Positions 18,210-26,909 of a stretch of DNA of 64,000 nucleotides are shown here, piece after piece. A model generated the notes under the pieces. The model had not been told where the DNA came from, searched no databases, and was given only the letters and a program-made list of their open reading frames with translations. Position numbers and translations under genes: made by a program. Source of the stretch: a virus. Each line of letters opens with the position of its first letter. Position 1 is the stretch's first letter. The DNA lies in the IMG/VR virus record IMGVR_UViG_3300001199_000004. The stretch is one strand, 5' to 3'.

Positions 18210-18427
18210 AATCCACTCAATTTCAAAGTATTTCCATCCTTATTGAAATGTAGAAAATGAAACATTGCAACCCAGGACTGTTCTTCAAAAACAGAATACT
18301 CATAGGTGATACCACCCATAGAATTTACTGCTCCAGTTGCATTTGGGCTTAATCGTTCTTCGCATATCTCTTTGAGTGCGGAACGAATCACTTCAACATC
18401 ATCAGAATCAATGGTTAGTATAAACAT
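18206..18427 (-). CDS. hypothetical protein
   Basis: ATG 7 nt after TACCTT. Confidence 0.65.
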   Translation of the reverse strand: MFILTIDSDDVEVIRSALKEICEERLSPNATGAVNSMGGITYEYSVFEEQSWVAMFHFLHFNKDGNTLKLSGL

Positions 18428-18443
18428 ATTATTTAAGGTACAA

Positions 18444-18674
18444 TTAAATGGTTTTACTTCTTTGTTCTGCTTCAAATTCCTTTTGTTCTTTGCCCGTACA
18501 ACAAAATCGTTTTTGCTTCAAATGAATGGTGCTAGGGCCATTTTCATGTTTATCTAAAAGCATTTTGGCGTCAAACATGGCTTGAGTACCATGATAACCA
18601 AATGATACATGACCACCATTTACGGTCCACTCAAAATAGTAGATTTCGTCTGTATCTTCGTAATAGGTGCCCAT
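18444..18674 (-). CDS. hypothetical protein
   Basis: Between motifs. Confidence 0.65.
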   Translation of the reverse strand: MGTYYEDTDEIYYFEWTVNGGHVSFGYHGTQAMFDAKMLLDKHENGPSTIHLKQKRFCCTGKEQKEFEAEQRSKTI

Positions 18675-18836
18675 TATTCACTCAATAAATCTAAAGCTAT
18701 TTTTAAAGTGAGATATTATTTAAGGTACAATTAAATGAAATCGCCCAAGACACTTCACAGCCTTGTCTCCAAAGCAATCGTGCCATTAAGTAAGGGGACT
18801 AACGCATTTAGATTAGTTCCGATACACAGGGCGAAG

Positions 18837-18909
18837 TGACTCCTGTGGGGGTCGAACCCACGACCCACAGATTAAAAGTCTGTTGCTCTACCAACTGAGC
18901 TAAGGAATC
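18837..18909 (-). tRNA. trnK: tRNA-Lys (UUU)
   Basis: GATTCCT...AGGAGTC acceptor stem; ACAGA-CT TTT AA-TCTGT anticodon arm. Confidence 0.95.
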
Positions 18910-18916
18910 AAGTCAA

Positions 18917-19213
18917 CTATTCTACCTTATTTCCTCCTGCTTGTCTATCCCGTTCCTCATCCAAAACTTTATCCGCTACCAAACAGGCAACAGCAGGCGG
19001 CATATCCTTGTATAGCTTTTGGCAAATCTTATAGAAATCCGTGGAGCCATACTTGCCTTGAGACGGAAAATTGCTATTTGCTTGAATAACAATTTGTTCA
19101 GGGGTTACGCCAGCATTTTGCAAATCTTCCACATATTGTTCATGTTCTTCGGCCAAAGCCTTATCCAATTTAACTTGGATAGTCCGCAGATTTTTGATGG
19201 TAAATACGTTCAT
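18917..19213 (-). CDS. hypothetical protein
   Basis: ATG 7 nt after TACCTT. Confidence 0.7.
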   Translation of the reverse strand: MNVFTIKNLRTIQVKLDKALAEEHEQYVEDLQNAGVTPEQIVIQANSNFPSQGKYGSTDFYKICQKLYKDMPPAVACLVADKVLDEERDRQAGGNKVE

Positions 19214-19239
19214 AATGATTAAGGTACAATGGAATGGAT

Positions 19240-19560
19240 TTACTCTAAGATGCCTACAACTTTTTCCAGCAGTTGGTCCCTATCGTAAAAGAAGATATTT
19301 TCTTTGCAACTTTTGTTGACATAGGTTACATCTTTATATCTCTCTGTATCGAATGGTAGAGAAGCAATCTCGTTCCATGATTTGTTGGTGGGAGAATAGA
19401 TTTCGGCCTTCACAAAAGATTGGAAGGCATGGGAATTAACCCTAATGCTAATCCTAACTGTATGTTCTGCGTCTTCCCCAATCTTATGCAAACTTTCGTA
19501 GTTCCAAGATTGGTCTGCATTCCATACAGTAGAACTAAATTGTTTGGTTTTAAGGTTCAT
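19240..19560 (-). CDS. hypothetical protein
   Basis: ATG 7 nt after TACCTT. Confidence 0.75.
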   Translation of the reverse strand: MNLKTKQFSSTVWNADQSWNYESLHKIGEDAEHTVRISIRVNSHAFQSFVKAEIYSPTNKSWNEIASLPFDTERYKDVTYVNKSCKENIFFYDRDQLLEKVVGILE

Positions 19561-19584
19561 ATTAAATAAGGTACAATGAAATGA

Positions 19585-19881
19585 TTATTCGTCGCAATGA
19601 GTTATGCGAAACGTCCGATTGATCATACCTTCTGCCGTGCTGCCATGATTAGCAATGTTTTCACGAACGGCAATTGGTCCTTTGGTAGCCGCCAATATCA
19701 CAGCAATAATCGCGGCTGTAATCGCCATTGGGTCTTCTGCCCATTCATCGGCATTCCAACTGCAGACTTCTCCCTTGCCATCCACAATGTAGACAGCCTC
19801 TCCAGGCTCGTAGAACACGCCAGGAACGATTTCGGTGAACTTTTCGTACTCTTTTAGGTGTGGGCCGTAAATGTGTGTCAT
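19585..19881 (-). CDS. hypothetical protein
   Basis: Between motifs. Confidence 0.7.
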   Translation of the reverse strand: MTHIYGPHLKEYEKFTEIVPGVFYEPGEAVYIVDGKGEVCSWNADEWAEDPMAITAAIIAVILAATKGPIAVRENIANHGSTAEGMINRTFRITHCDE

Positions 19882-20009
19882 AGTTTCTTTTAAGGTACAA
19901 TTAAATGGGTTTCTTCGTGTTTAAACACTTTTTTGCGTTCTTTTTGGTTTTTTTCTAATTGCATAACAAAGTCCAAACATTCGACGTTTAATGTTTCTTG
20001 ACATAAGAG

Positions 20010-20096
20010 TAGCTGAGACGGGCCTCGAACCCGTACGGTAGTTCCCTACCACAGGATTTTAAGTCCTGTGCGTGCTGCCAATTTCGCCACTCAGCC
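20010..20096 (-). tRNA. trnL: tRNA-Leu (UAA)
   Basis: CAGGA-CT TAA AA-TCCTG anticodon arm; long variable arm GGTAG-GGAA-CTACC. Confidence 0.93.
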
Positions 20097-20257
20097 AGTT
20101 TTCTTTCGTTTAAACAAAAACTCATAGTGCCAATAAGTCTTTGGCAGCCGGTCCTTTGGGATTGGCAAAACACAACAAAGTTCCCATCCATCTTCCCCAA
20201 GTTTATTCAAATCAATGATATCGAAAGTATCGCCTTCGATGATTTTATATTCAAACA

Positions 20258-20509
20258 TTATCGTTCTACCTCTAAATCGCCATCACACAATTCACCAGGA
20301 CGCATACATTCATGAAGAAGTGGCCCTTCGACTACCGCAGGCTCATCACCAATGCCAGGACAATAACCTTCGCACAATTTTGGCCCCCTAATGATATAAC
20401 TCATCCAAACTCTTTTGCTGTAAGCGTTTATAATTATGTGAAGTTCGGTTTGTTCATCAAACCGCTTACAGTGAGTAACAACCCCTTCATTGACTTCTTT
20501 GAGTTTCAT
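20258..20509 (-). CDS. hypothetical protein
   Basis: ATG 7 nt after TACCTT. Confidence 0.65.
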   Translation of the reverse strand: MKLKEVNEGVVTHCKRFDEQTELHIIINAYSKRVWMSYIIRGPKLCEGYCPGIGDEPAVVEGPLLHECMRPGELCDGDLEVER

Positions 20510-20525
20510 AGTCAATAAGGTACAA

Positions 20526-20711
20526 TTAAATGGACGTACCCAGGACTTCTTCAATGGGTTCGTCATCAAGACAAAGAACAACATCTTCTCCCGCAGCCCG
20601 CCCATAAGGTTTTTGTGCAGCAAGCACGTATTCATCATAAATACGCTTGGCTTCTGTTTGGTCATGGCCGCTATAGACCGTGCCAATATTACCTACAATA
20701 ACTGTATACAT
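20526..20711 (-). CDS. hypothetical phage protein (VIVGNIGTVY)
   Basis: TAATG coupling; stop inside motif. Confidence 0.65.
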   Translation of the reverse strand: MYTVIVGNIGTVYSGHDQTEAKRIYDEYVLAAQKPYGRAAGEDVVLCLDDEPIEEVLGTSI

Positions 20712-20968
20712 TAGGGAAGCTCCATTACCAGTTGTTTTGCCAATCGACAACACTGAGTTTTACCAACTTTGGGCGATGGTGCCATATCATCCCCAAGCCA
20801 ATTCGTGACAGGCTGATCCTTTGGCAGAATGATGTCCAAACTGCCATTGTAATCCGTTTCGGCATTACTAGGTCGAGCTTGGATTGTAATGATTTCCCCA
20901 GTAGGGAATTTCAAAACAATATCACAGTCATGTTCTGGAACGTCAACATCAATGGTGGAGAATTTCAT
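20711..20968 (-). CDS. hypothetical protein
   Basis: ATG 7 nt after TACCTT. Confidence 0.7.
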   Translation of the reverse strand: MKFSTIDVDVPEHDCDIVLKFPTGEIITIQARPSNAETDYNGSLDIILPKDQPVTNWLGDDMAPSPKVGKTQCCRLAKQLVMELP

Positions 20969-20992
20969 AATGATTAAGGTACAATTAAATGA

Positions 20993-21319
20993 TTAAACAA
21001 GTAATGAGACGGTTGTTCCGCCACGAGTCGGCTTCCAATTTACACGACCCTTTTCAATTTGGTCCCAATTGTATGTAAAAGAAAATCCTTTACGAATTTT
21101 ATCGGACATAGCCGAACCAAATTGAACCTTAACTTCATCTTCCAAAATAGCACGCAAAACATCATGCGGCTCGGTTTTATCATCACAAACCGCAGCTTGA
21201 AGATAATGGGGGCAATTCGTGAGCTTTTCTGCCACAGCCTTGCCTATCTTATCTTCCCGCAAAGTATGGGCATCTTCGTTCGCTTGCCACATCACTCTGT
21301 TAATCACGGCCAAAATCAT
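20993..21319 (-). CDS. hypothetical protein
   Basis: AAAGGA RBS after motif. Confidence 0.75.
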   Translation of the reverse strand: MILAVINRVMWQANEDAHTLREDKIGKAVAEKLTNCPHYLQAAVCDDKTEPHDVLRAILEDEVKVQFGSAMSDKIRKGFSFTYNWDQIEKGRVNWKPTRGGTTVSLLV

Positions 21320-21358
21320 ATTATATCCTTTGTTATTCTTTAAGGTACAATTAAATGG

Positions 21359-21628
21359 TTAGTCCCACCACAATTCCAGACGATCAGCAGTTGAATCAAA
21401 ACGCATTTCATCTGGTTTGGTTTCTGTTGTCAACCTACAAGCCAATCGTAATGCATTCTCAACACTGATGCCGTCTAACTCCAAATGCATTTCTTCCCAT
21501 TCATTTTCAGTGGGCAAGAAACTGCGATGAATATTCACCAAGAACAACTTCATGTTGTTTTCATTGGCAATAACTTTTACCTTGTTCCAATCGCCCAAAT
21601 CTAATTGATTTGCTTGAGTTCTTTTCAT
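21359..21628 (-). CDS. hypothetical protein
   Basis: Tiles behind 21632-21940. Confidence 0.7.
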   Translation of the reverse strand: MKRTQANQLDLGDWNKVKVIANENNMKLFLVNIHRSFLPTENEWEEMHLELDGISVENALRLACRLTTETKPDEMRFDSTADRLELWWD

Positions 21629-21631
21629 ATT

Positions 21632-21940
21632 TTACCTATTGATGAAAGTGAATCCATACTCTGTCCATTCTGACATAATAGGCAGAATAGTCTTGTCATG
21701 AAAATAATCAACCAATTCGTCATAACTTGGGAAATGGTTGAGAGTTACGAGCGGCTTATCCAAATCGTATTTTTTAGCAAGCCAATTGCTTGGGTCGAAT
21801 ATCAGCTTACCAGGAACAAGCCAAAAAGGATAGACCAAGTACCAACCATCACGGGCACGGCTAATGGAGACTTCTCTTGTGCTAATAGCATCCAGGTCAG
21901 ATTCATCTTCGGGCAAAAAGAATGTAGCAATGTGTTCCAT
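21632..21940 (-). CDS. hypothetical protein
   Basis: ATG 7 nt after TACCTT. Confidence 0.7.
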   Translation of the reverse strand: MEHIATFFLPEDESDLDAISTREVSISRARDGWYLVYPFWLVPGKLIFDPSNWLAKKYDLDKPLVTLNHFPSYDELVDYFHDKTILPIMSEWTEYGFTFINR

Positions 21941-21964
21941 AATGTTTAAGGTACAATTAAATGG

Positions 21965-22249
21965 TTAATAGCTACCGTGTCCAATTAGGATCTTCTCTCC
22001 ATGATTAGCACCCTGTCCAAGTGCGTAATCATCCATCAATTGTTCATCCTTTATTTGTTGGTCATAGCCTCTAACCAACTCAAAATCATTTTTGGCTAAA
22101 GCTTCTGCACGGTGAACCAGTGATTCACCAATGAAATAACCAACGGTATAAGGGGCATAGCCGTCTTTTTCAAAACATCCAGCAATCTTAAAAAGCTGGA
22201 GTACGTCATTCGACATTTCAGACGTACCGATTACTTTAATGGTTATCAT
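21965..22249 (-). CDS. hypothetical protein
   Basis: ATG 7 nt after TACCTT. Confidence 0.7.
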   Translation of the reverse strand: MITIKVIGTSEMSNDVLQLFKIAGCFEKDGYAPYTVGYFIGESLVHRAEALAKNDFELVRGYDQQIKDEQLMDDYALGQGANHGEKILIGHGSY

Positions 22250-22265
22250 AATGTTTAAGGTACAA

Positions 22266-22484
22266 TTAAATGAATTTTGCCAACTGGTTTTCATTGATTC
22301 GCTGCAGAATACCCATAGCCTCTTTGTCGTTCATTAACTCATACAGCACGTTTACAGCCTTATCAAGGTAGCTTTGCTTGCTACGATGACTTAATGAGTC
22401 CCACTTGGTATTGGCAGGCAATAAGCCTTTAACCACTCTTAGAACAAGGGGAGAGTAAAAGAATTCAATGTCTGCTTTATTCAT
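22266..22484 (-). CDS. hypothetical protein
   Basis: Stop inside motif. Confidence 0.6.
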   Translation of the reverse strand: MNKADIEFFYSPLVLRVVKGLLPANTKWDSLSHRSKQSYLDKAVNVLYELMNDKEAMGILQRINENQLAKFI

Positions 22485-22626
22485 TTTAACACTATGGTAG
22501 CACCCGACTTAACGGGATTGTGGTCCCCTGTATTCCAATCCTTTTGGACATAAATTGCTACTTCGGGGCGACAGCAACAACCACTAACAAACACTAACAA
22601 CCAAATCCATTTGGTCATAAAAACCT

Positions 22627-22881
22627 TTACAATTTAGGAGGGAAAATTTCTTCCAACGTCTCTGCAATAGATGTCCGCAATTCAATTAACGAATGCCCTG
22701 AACCATTTAGGGCACTTGCCAAAGTTTGTTGAACATTACACCATTGGTCACTACTGATTTTACCACCAGTTTTGGCCCATTCTGCCAACAATTGATTCGC
22801 TTTGAGGCAAGCAACCAATAATGCAGGGGCAATTTCAGCCAGTTTTTCCTCTGGCACAAGTTCAAACAACTTCATTTGCAA
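22627..22881 (-). CDS. hypothetical protein
   Basis: Overlaps the upstream gene end. Confidence 0.65.
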   Translation of the reverse strand: MQMKLFELVPEEKLAEIAPALLVACLKANQLLAEWAKTGGKISSDQWCNVQQTLASALNGSGHSLIELRTSIAETLEEIFPPKL

Positions 22882-23212
22882 TAACCGTAGGGTAATAGAT
22901 AAATCCCAACACTTCGTAAAAACCAGTCATACCATGTTCATCGAAAACATTCTGCAAAGTTGACTTAAACAACTCTTGATTCATGTTTACATCAAATTCG
23001 ACCCAAAGATAAAGAATATCCTGGTTCCGTTCCATCGGACGGGTTAGGGTGGTCAAAATTTGCCAACAACCCTCAAGTTTGGATTCCTGATTTAATTCAC
23101 GAATGAATTGACCGACCATCGCCTTTTCGGCTGATTGCTCTGGAAAATGTTCCATCGCAATTTCAATGTCTTGGTCCCAATAACGCTTGAATTGAACGAT
23201 GATTTTATACAT
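22862..23212 (-). CDS. hypothetical protein
   Basis: ATG 7 nt after TACCTT. Confidence 0.7.
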   Translation of the reverse strand: MYKIIVQFKRYWDQDIEIAMEHFPEQSAEKAMVGQFIRELNQESKLEGCWQILTTLTRPMERNQDILYLWVEFDVNMNQELFKSTLQNVFDEHGMTGFYEVLGFIYYPTVIANEVV

Positions 23213-23301
23213 AGTAATTAAGGTACAATGAAATGATTATCTGTGACAAATATCAAAAAGAATCCAACCGATCACAAAGCAACAGGTAATCTCAATGAGC
23301 A

Positions 23302-23526
23302 TTACCACACCTTTAATTCAAAAGTAACAGTCTTATAGACTTCCATTTCTTTGTTGCGAGCTTCGACCACACAAACAAAATCGTCTGGACCGCAACCAAA
23401 GATAGTCAAACACCATACCAATTCGCCTTTTTGAAAAGGACCAAAATTGGCATTAAACTCAACTTCAGAGAATTGAGTAACCCCAGGTTGAATAATATCA
23501 CAGTCTTGCCATTGAATAGGCAACAT
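23302..23526 (-). CDS. hypothetical protein
   Basis: AAGGG RBS after the candidate RNA. Confidence 0.6.
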   Translation of the reverse strand: MLPIQWQDCDIIQPGVTQFSEVEFNANFGPFQKGELVWCLTIFGCGPDDFVCVVEARNKEMEVYKTVTFELKVW

Positions 23527-23537
23527 AATAAACCCTT

Positions 23538-23619
23538 AAAAAATGGCCACTCTGGTCAACCACTCGCATCCCACCCCGATTGTTTACGGGCCTAAGCCTT
23601 GTCCGTTGTGAGGAACCAC
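23538..23619 (-). ncRNA. candidate ~80-nt structured small RNA
   Basis: Starts 7 nt after TACCTT; GTGGTTCCTC/GAGTGGCCAT closing stem then U6. Confidence 0.5.
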
Positions 23620-23643
23620 ATCAATTAAGGTACAATGGAATGA

Positions 23644-23898
23644 TTACTCCCTTGTGTATTCTTCCCTTGGGTAAATTTCACGGGTGTCGTATTCAAACAA
23701 ATCGCCGACTGTCTCTAAATAACCTTCCGTATTTACGTTCTCGCAATATTCAAGGTCATCATATTGACTTGTTGGCTCTTTGTCTACATCGCAGACTTCA
23801 GTAGCACAAACTCGTGTCTTACCGTCTACTAAAGACACGTAAATGGCACAACCAAATTTTTCGTATGCTTTTTGAGAGAAGTATGCTTTTTTAATCAT
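23644..23898 (-). CDS. hypothetical protein
   Basis: Start MIKKAY coupled to a 59-aa ORF beginning at 24070. Confidence 0.6.
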   Translation of the reverse strand: MIKKAYFSQKAYEKFGCAIYVSLVDGKTRVCATEVCDVDKEPTSQYDDLEYCENVNTEGYLETVGDLFEYDTREIYPREEYTRE

Positions 23899-24086
23899 TT
23901 TCTTTGCCAAGTCCAAATTCAACTTCATTGTGCTTGCCGTCATGATATGCCTCAAAGACCCGCTCAAGCTCTTTTTGAGCATATCGTTGCCGTTCAGCAT
24001 AGTTTGCCATGCCAACATAAATTACGGCATTATGACAGGCTTCCAACAAGTCCAATAGTTCTTTTTTCATATCTTTTAAGGTACAG

Positions 24087-24312
24087 TTAAATGACAGTAA
24101 CCATCTTCATACAAGTTTGCAGCAAATGGTCGTAATCACCTGACGTTGCCTCAGTGATAAACGCATCAATTTCTTCCTTGGGCACTTTGCCTTTTCGCAA
24201 TTCATTTTGCATAATGCCCAACAAATTGAAGGCATTCCCATTCTGGCCCGTTAATCGTGCCTTGATATTGGGGTACTTAGGGGTAACTTTAGGGAATTCT
24301 TCGAGACTCACT
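24087..24312 (-). CDS. conserved phage hypothetical protein (GxxGNAF...SGDYDHLL type); start uncertain
   Basis: LTGQNGNAFNLLG...ATSGDYDHLLQTC signature. Confidence 0.7.
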
Positions 24313-24404
24313 TGATTGCCTCCAAAATAGCCATCACGCCAGCATAACAGGTCAAGAACAAGAAAAAACTGCGAATGAAAATCATCATAGTGTTTAAGGT
24401 ACAA

Positions 24405-24707
24405 TTAAATGATGCCAAGTGTCGGATCTGAAAAATCAGACTTCAATCGAACATAACGAGCCTTTGAGTGCCAATCTTGTCGAAGCTGTTCCATTTCTTT
24501 TATGCCTTCATTACCAAGACTTAAAGCATTTGCTGTTTCAATCAATTGACGAACAGTAAACGATTCAGGAACAGACATATAATGCTCAAGTTTAAGCCTA
24601 ATTTGTCTGTAAGCATCGTCTTTGGCACATTGAGCCGTAAACCCAAATCCCTTGAAGCCTTCGACTTCACCATTTCGATGACGATAAGCAACAAGATATT
24701 GATACAT
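24405..24707 (-). CDS. hypothetical protein
   Basis: Motif + AAAGGA RBS. Confidence 0.7.
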   Translation of the reverse strand: MYQYLVAYRHRNGEVEGFKGFGFTAQCAKDDAYRQIRLKLEHYMSVPESFTVRQLIETANALSLGNEGIKEMEQLRQDWHSKARYVRLKSDFSDPTLGII

Positions 24708-24884
24708 GATATCCTTTAAGGTACAATTAAATGAAAAAACGCAAGAGCCTGTAAATCAGACCGTCTCTAGAATACGATGGACTTACAGGACTCTCACTTG
24801 CAGGACTAAAAAGGTTTCGGGGAACCCAAATGCAGAGAAAGGTTTCACCTTTGACTCGACACCATTCGGTACTTTAACCTGCTC

Positions 24885-25085
24885 TTACTCCCAATATTGT
24901 TCACCTAAACGATAATATCTTTTTGCTTTATGTAAAAGCCGTTCTCGTCTATTCTTGCTTTTACACCTTTCAGCTTGGGACCAATATTTTTCGGCTAACA
25001 TACCATGAATACAAGCTATTTTACATTTTTTGTATAGTTTCGCTTCGACCATCTTCAAGTAGAACGATATAGAGCGGGTCAACAT
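24885..25085 (-). CDS. basic hypothetical protein; N-terminus from the 57-bp duplicated segment
   Basis: ORF track. Confidence 0.5.
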   Translation of the reverse strand: MLTRSISFYLKMVEAKLYKKCKIACIHGMLAEKYWSQAERCKSKNRRERLLHKAKRYYRLGEQYWE

Positions 25086-25095
25086 TTTGTGCCCC
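25039..25095. repeat. 57-bp exact direct repeat, copy 2
   Basis: Identical to 12866-12922. Confidence 0.9.
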
Positions 25096-25282
25096 TATTA
25101 CGTCGCTGAGAGGCTTTCGTAATTTTAAGTCTCTTTTTACGTTCAATACGATGCTTCTTCACAGCAGGCGTATTAGAGCGTGCAGAGCCCCTTGAAACAT
25201 GACTGGTATCACAACCACCAATCAACCCAAGAGTTGACATGGCAACACTCCAACGCAACATACGAAGTTTTTCAGTGTCCAT
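25079..25282 (-). CDS. basic hypothetical protein
   Basis: TAATG coupling. Confidence 0.6.
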   Translation of the reverse strand: MDTEKLRMLRWSVAMSTLGLIGGCDTSHVSRGSARSNTPAVKKHRIERKKRLKITKASQRRNRGTKC

Positions 25283-25473
25283 TAAATACTAAGCCTTGTA
25301 ATTTCAAAGTCTACAATACCATAACGAGCCACCAAATCATCCCATTTTAGTCCATAGGCTCGATAGTAATCAGCAATATCCTTAGCAGCTTGTTCATGTG
25401 TCTGATAAACAACACTGATATCAGAACCCATTACCTTTAGGTCCACAGACATTTTAAGGAGATTTTTTCTCAT
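25282..25473 (-). CDS. hypothetical protein, paralog of 2848-3012
   Basis: VYQTHEQAAKDIADYY...WDDLV; ATG 7 nt after TACCTT. Confidence 0.7.
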   Translation of the reverse strand: MRKNLLKMSVDLKVMGSDISVVYQTHEQAAKDIADYYRAYGLKWDDLVARYGIVDFEITRLSI

Positions 25474-25478
25474 ACCCT

Positions 25479-25781
25479 TTAAGGTACAATTAAATGACTA
25501 ATGTCGGTAGCATACTGATAAATTCGGCTGGTTTGGTCCCCAATTACAATATCTTGACGACGAAGGGGACGTTTTTTGGGCACTTCATCGGCCCACTTAT
25601 GACTTTTCCGTAGAACAGTATGGTCTTTCAACTGTTCCTTTAGCCGTTTCCAAACCTTGCCAATTGTTGGAAGTTTATCAGCTTCACCCTTTTCAAGGAA
25701 ATACATTTCCGTATGGCAAATACTTTCCATGCCATGTTCATTGAAGCCAGGGTTGTAATAGTAACCGATGACGTATTTCAT
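25479..25781 (-). CDS. hypothetical protein
   Basis: ATG 7 nt after TACCTT; ends HLIVP*. Confidence 0.7.
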   Translation of the reverse strand: MKYVIGYYYNPGFNEHGMESICHTEMYFLEKGEADKLPTIGKVWKRLKEQLKDHTVLRKSHKWADEVPKKRPLRRQDIVIGDQTSRIYQYATDISHLIVP

Positions 25782-25809
25782 AATGTTTAAGGTACAGTTA
25801 AATGGTTAA

Positions 25810-26259
25810 TTAAGCGGCTGCTTTATCCCTCCCAGTTGGCAAATTTTCTTCTGACATTTCCACCCTGATAATGTCGTAACTCGTTTCACCATACGAATAT
25901 CCACGGAAGAAATATTCTTTATAATGCAAAGTGCATCGTTTGCCACTCTTTTCCGCAGCAATAATCTCGTTGGCAATTGCTTCATTGCTACAACTGAACT
26001 GGAAGATTGCAGGGATAACTGCCCCACTTTCATCCCGTTCATTCAAACCCAAGGAAAGCTCCCCTTCCCAAGTATGATACACAAATCCCTTTTTGCTGAA
26101 CTTGTAAACAACTCCAGAGCGAGTTCCTTCACTATAGGCAAATCCCTGTCCAAAACCCAGAAATCGACCACCAACAGTTAGGATGATTCCGCCAATAACA
26201 AGCACAAAAACAAGACGAATCCAAATCTCAATCCAACTTTTCTTCTGAAACGGACGCAT
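25810..26259 (-). CDS. membrane-anchored conserved protein (YSEGxRxG...KG...TWEGEL family)
   Basis: N-terminal TM; YSEGTRSGVVYKFSKKG...TWEGEL...LHYKE. Confidence 0.8.
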   Translation of the reverse strand: MRPFQKKSWIEIWIRLVFVLVIGGIILTVGGRFLGFGQGFAYSEGTRSGVVYKFSKKGFVYHTWEGELSLGLNERDESGAVIPAIFQFSCSNEAIANEIIAAEKSGKRCTLHYKEYFFRGYSYGETSYDIIRVEMSEENLPTGRDKAAA

Positions 26260-26305
26260 AATTTCTCCAATTAGGGGTTATATCAATTAAGGTACAATTA
26301 AATGA

Positions 26306-26590
26306 TTACAAGCCAAGCATCTCATCAGTGGCTTGCGAAAGATCGCCCTCTTCGTCATCCTTTTCGATCTTGAGGTACAATTCCTCAAAATTACCATCAA
26401 AAGCCTTATTGGACGCATCCTCAAATTGATCAAGAATCACATCGGTAAGAGTTGGATTAGTCTTGAGTTCTTCTGCCATCGTCACCGCAGGAACATCAAA
26501 ATCCACGTTATCTTCACCCAAGCGGCGAATTAACGTATTGTCTGGATTAACTTCAAACCAACCACTGAAGTAACAAATAATTCGAGGCAT
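26306..26590 (-). CDS. acidic hypothetical protein
   Basis: Between motifs. Confidence 0.7.
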   Translation of the reverse strand: MPRIICYFSGWFEVNPDNTLIRRLGEDNVDFDVPAVTMAEELKTNPTLTDVILDQFEDASNKAFDGNFEELYLKIEKDDEEGDLSQATDEMLGL

Positions 26591-26636
26591 TTTATTTCCC
26601 TATTTAAGATATTCAATTAAGGTACAATTAAATGAA

Positions 26637-26909
26637 TTATTGACGAATCCCAGTTTCAAACAAAGTCCCTAAGACCGTACCAAATACATTACAAATCACG
26701 CCTTCCAAATCAAGCCAAATACGACCATAATCAAAATCATCGTATTCTGCAGATGGGCAATTATCCCTAAAGTTATACCCAACCTTACCAGTGTGATAAT
26801 AAGTGTGCCCATTAAAAGGAAATTTAGAAGGCCATTCAACCTTATACTCAACCTTGAAAGGAAACTTTGGGTTGATTGGCTGATACAAGTCTTTAAGATG
26901 TTGATTCAT
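26637..26909 (-). CDS. hypothetical protein
   Basis: ATGA coupling. Confidence 0.65.
   Translation of the reverse strand: MNQHLKDLYQPINPKFPFKVEYKVEWPSKFPFNGHTYYHTGKVGYNFRDNCPSAEYDDFDYGRIWLDLEGVICNVFGTVLGTLFETGIRQ

Noticed and set aside
19988-20200. 70-aa ORF over tRNA-Leu
   Set aside because: Overlaps a canonical tRNA.
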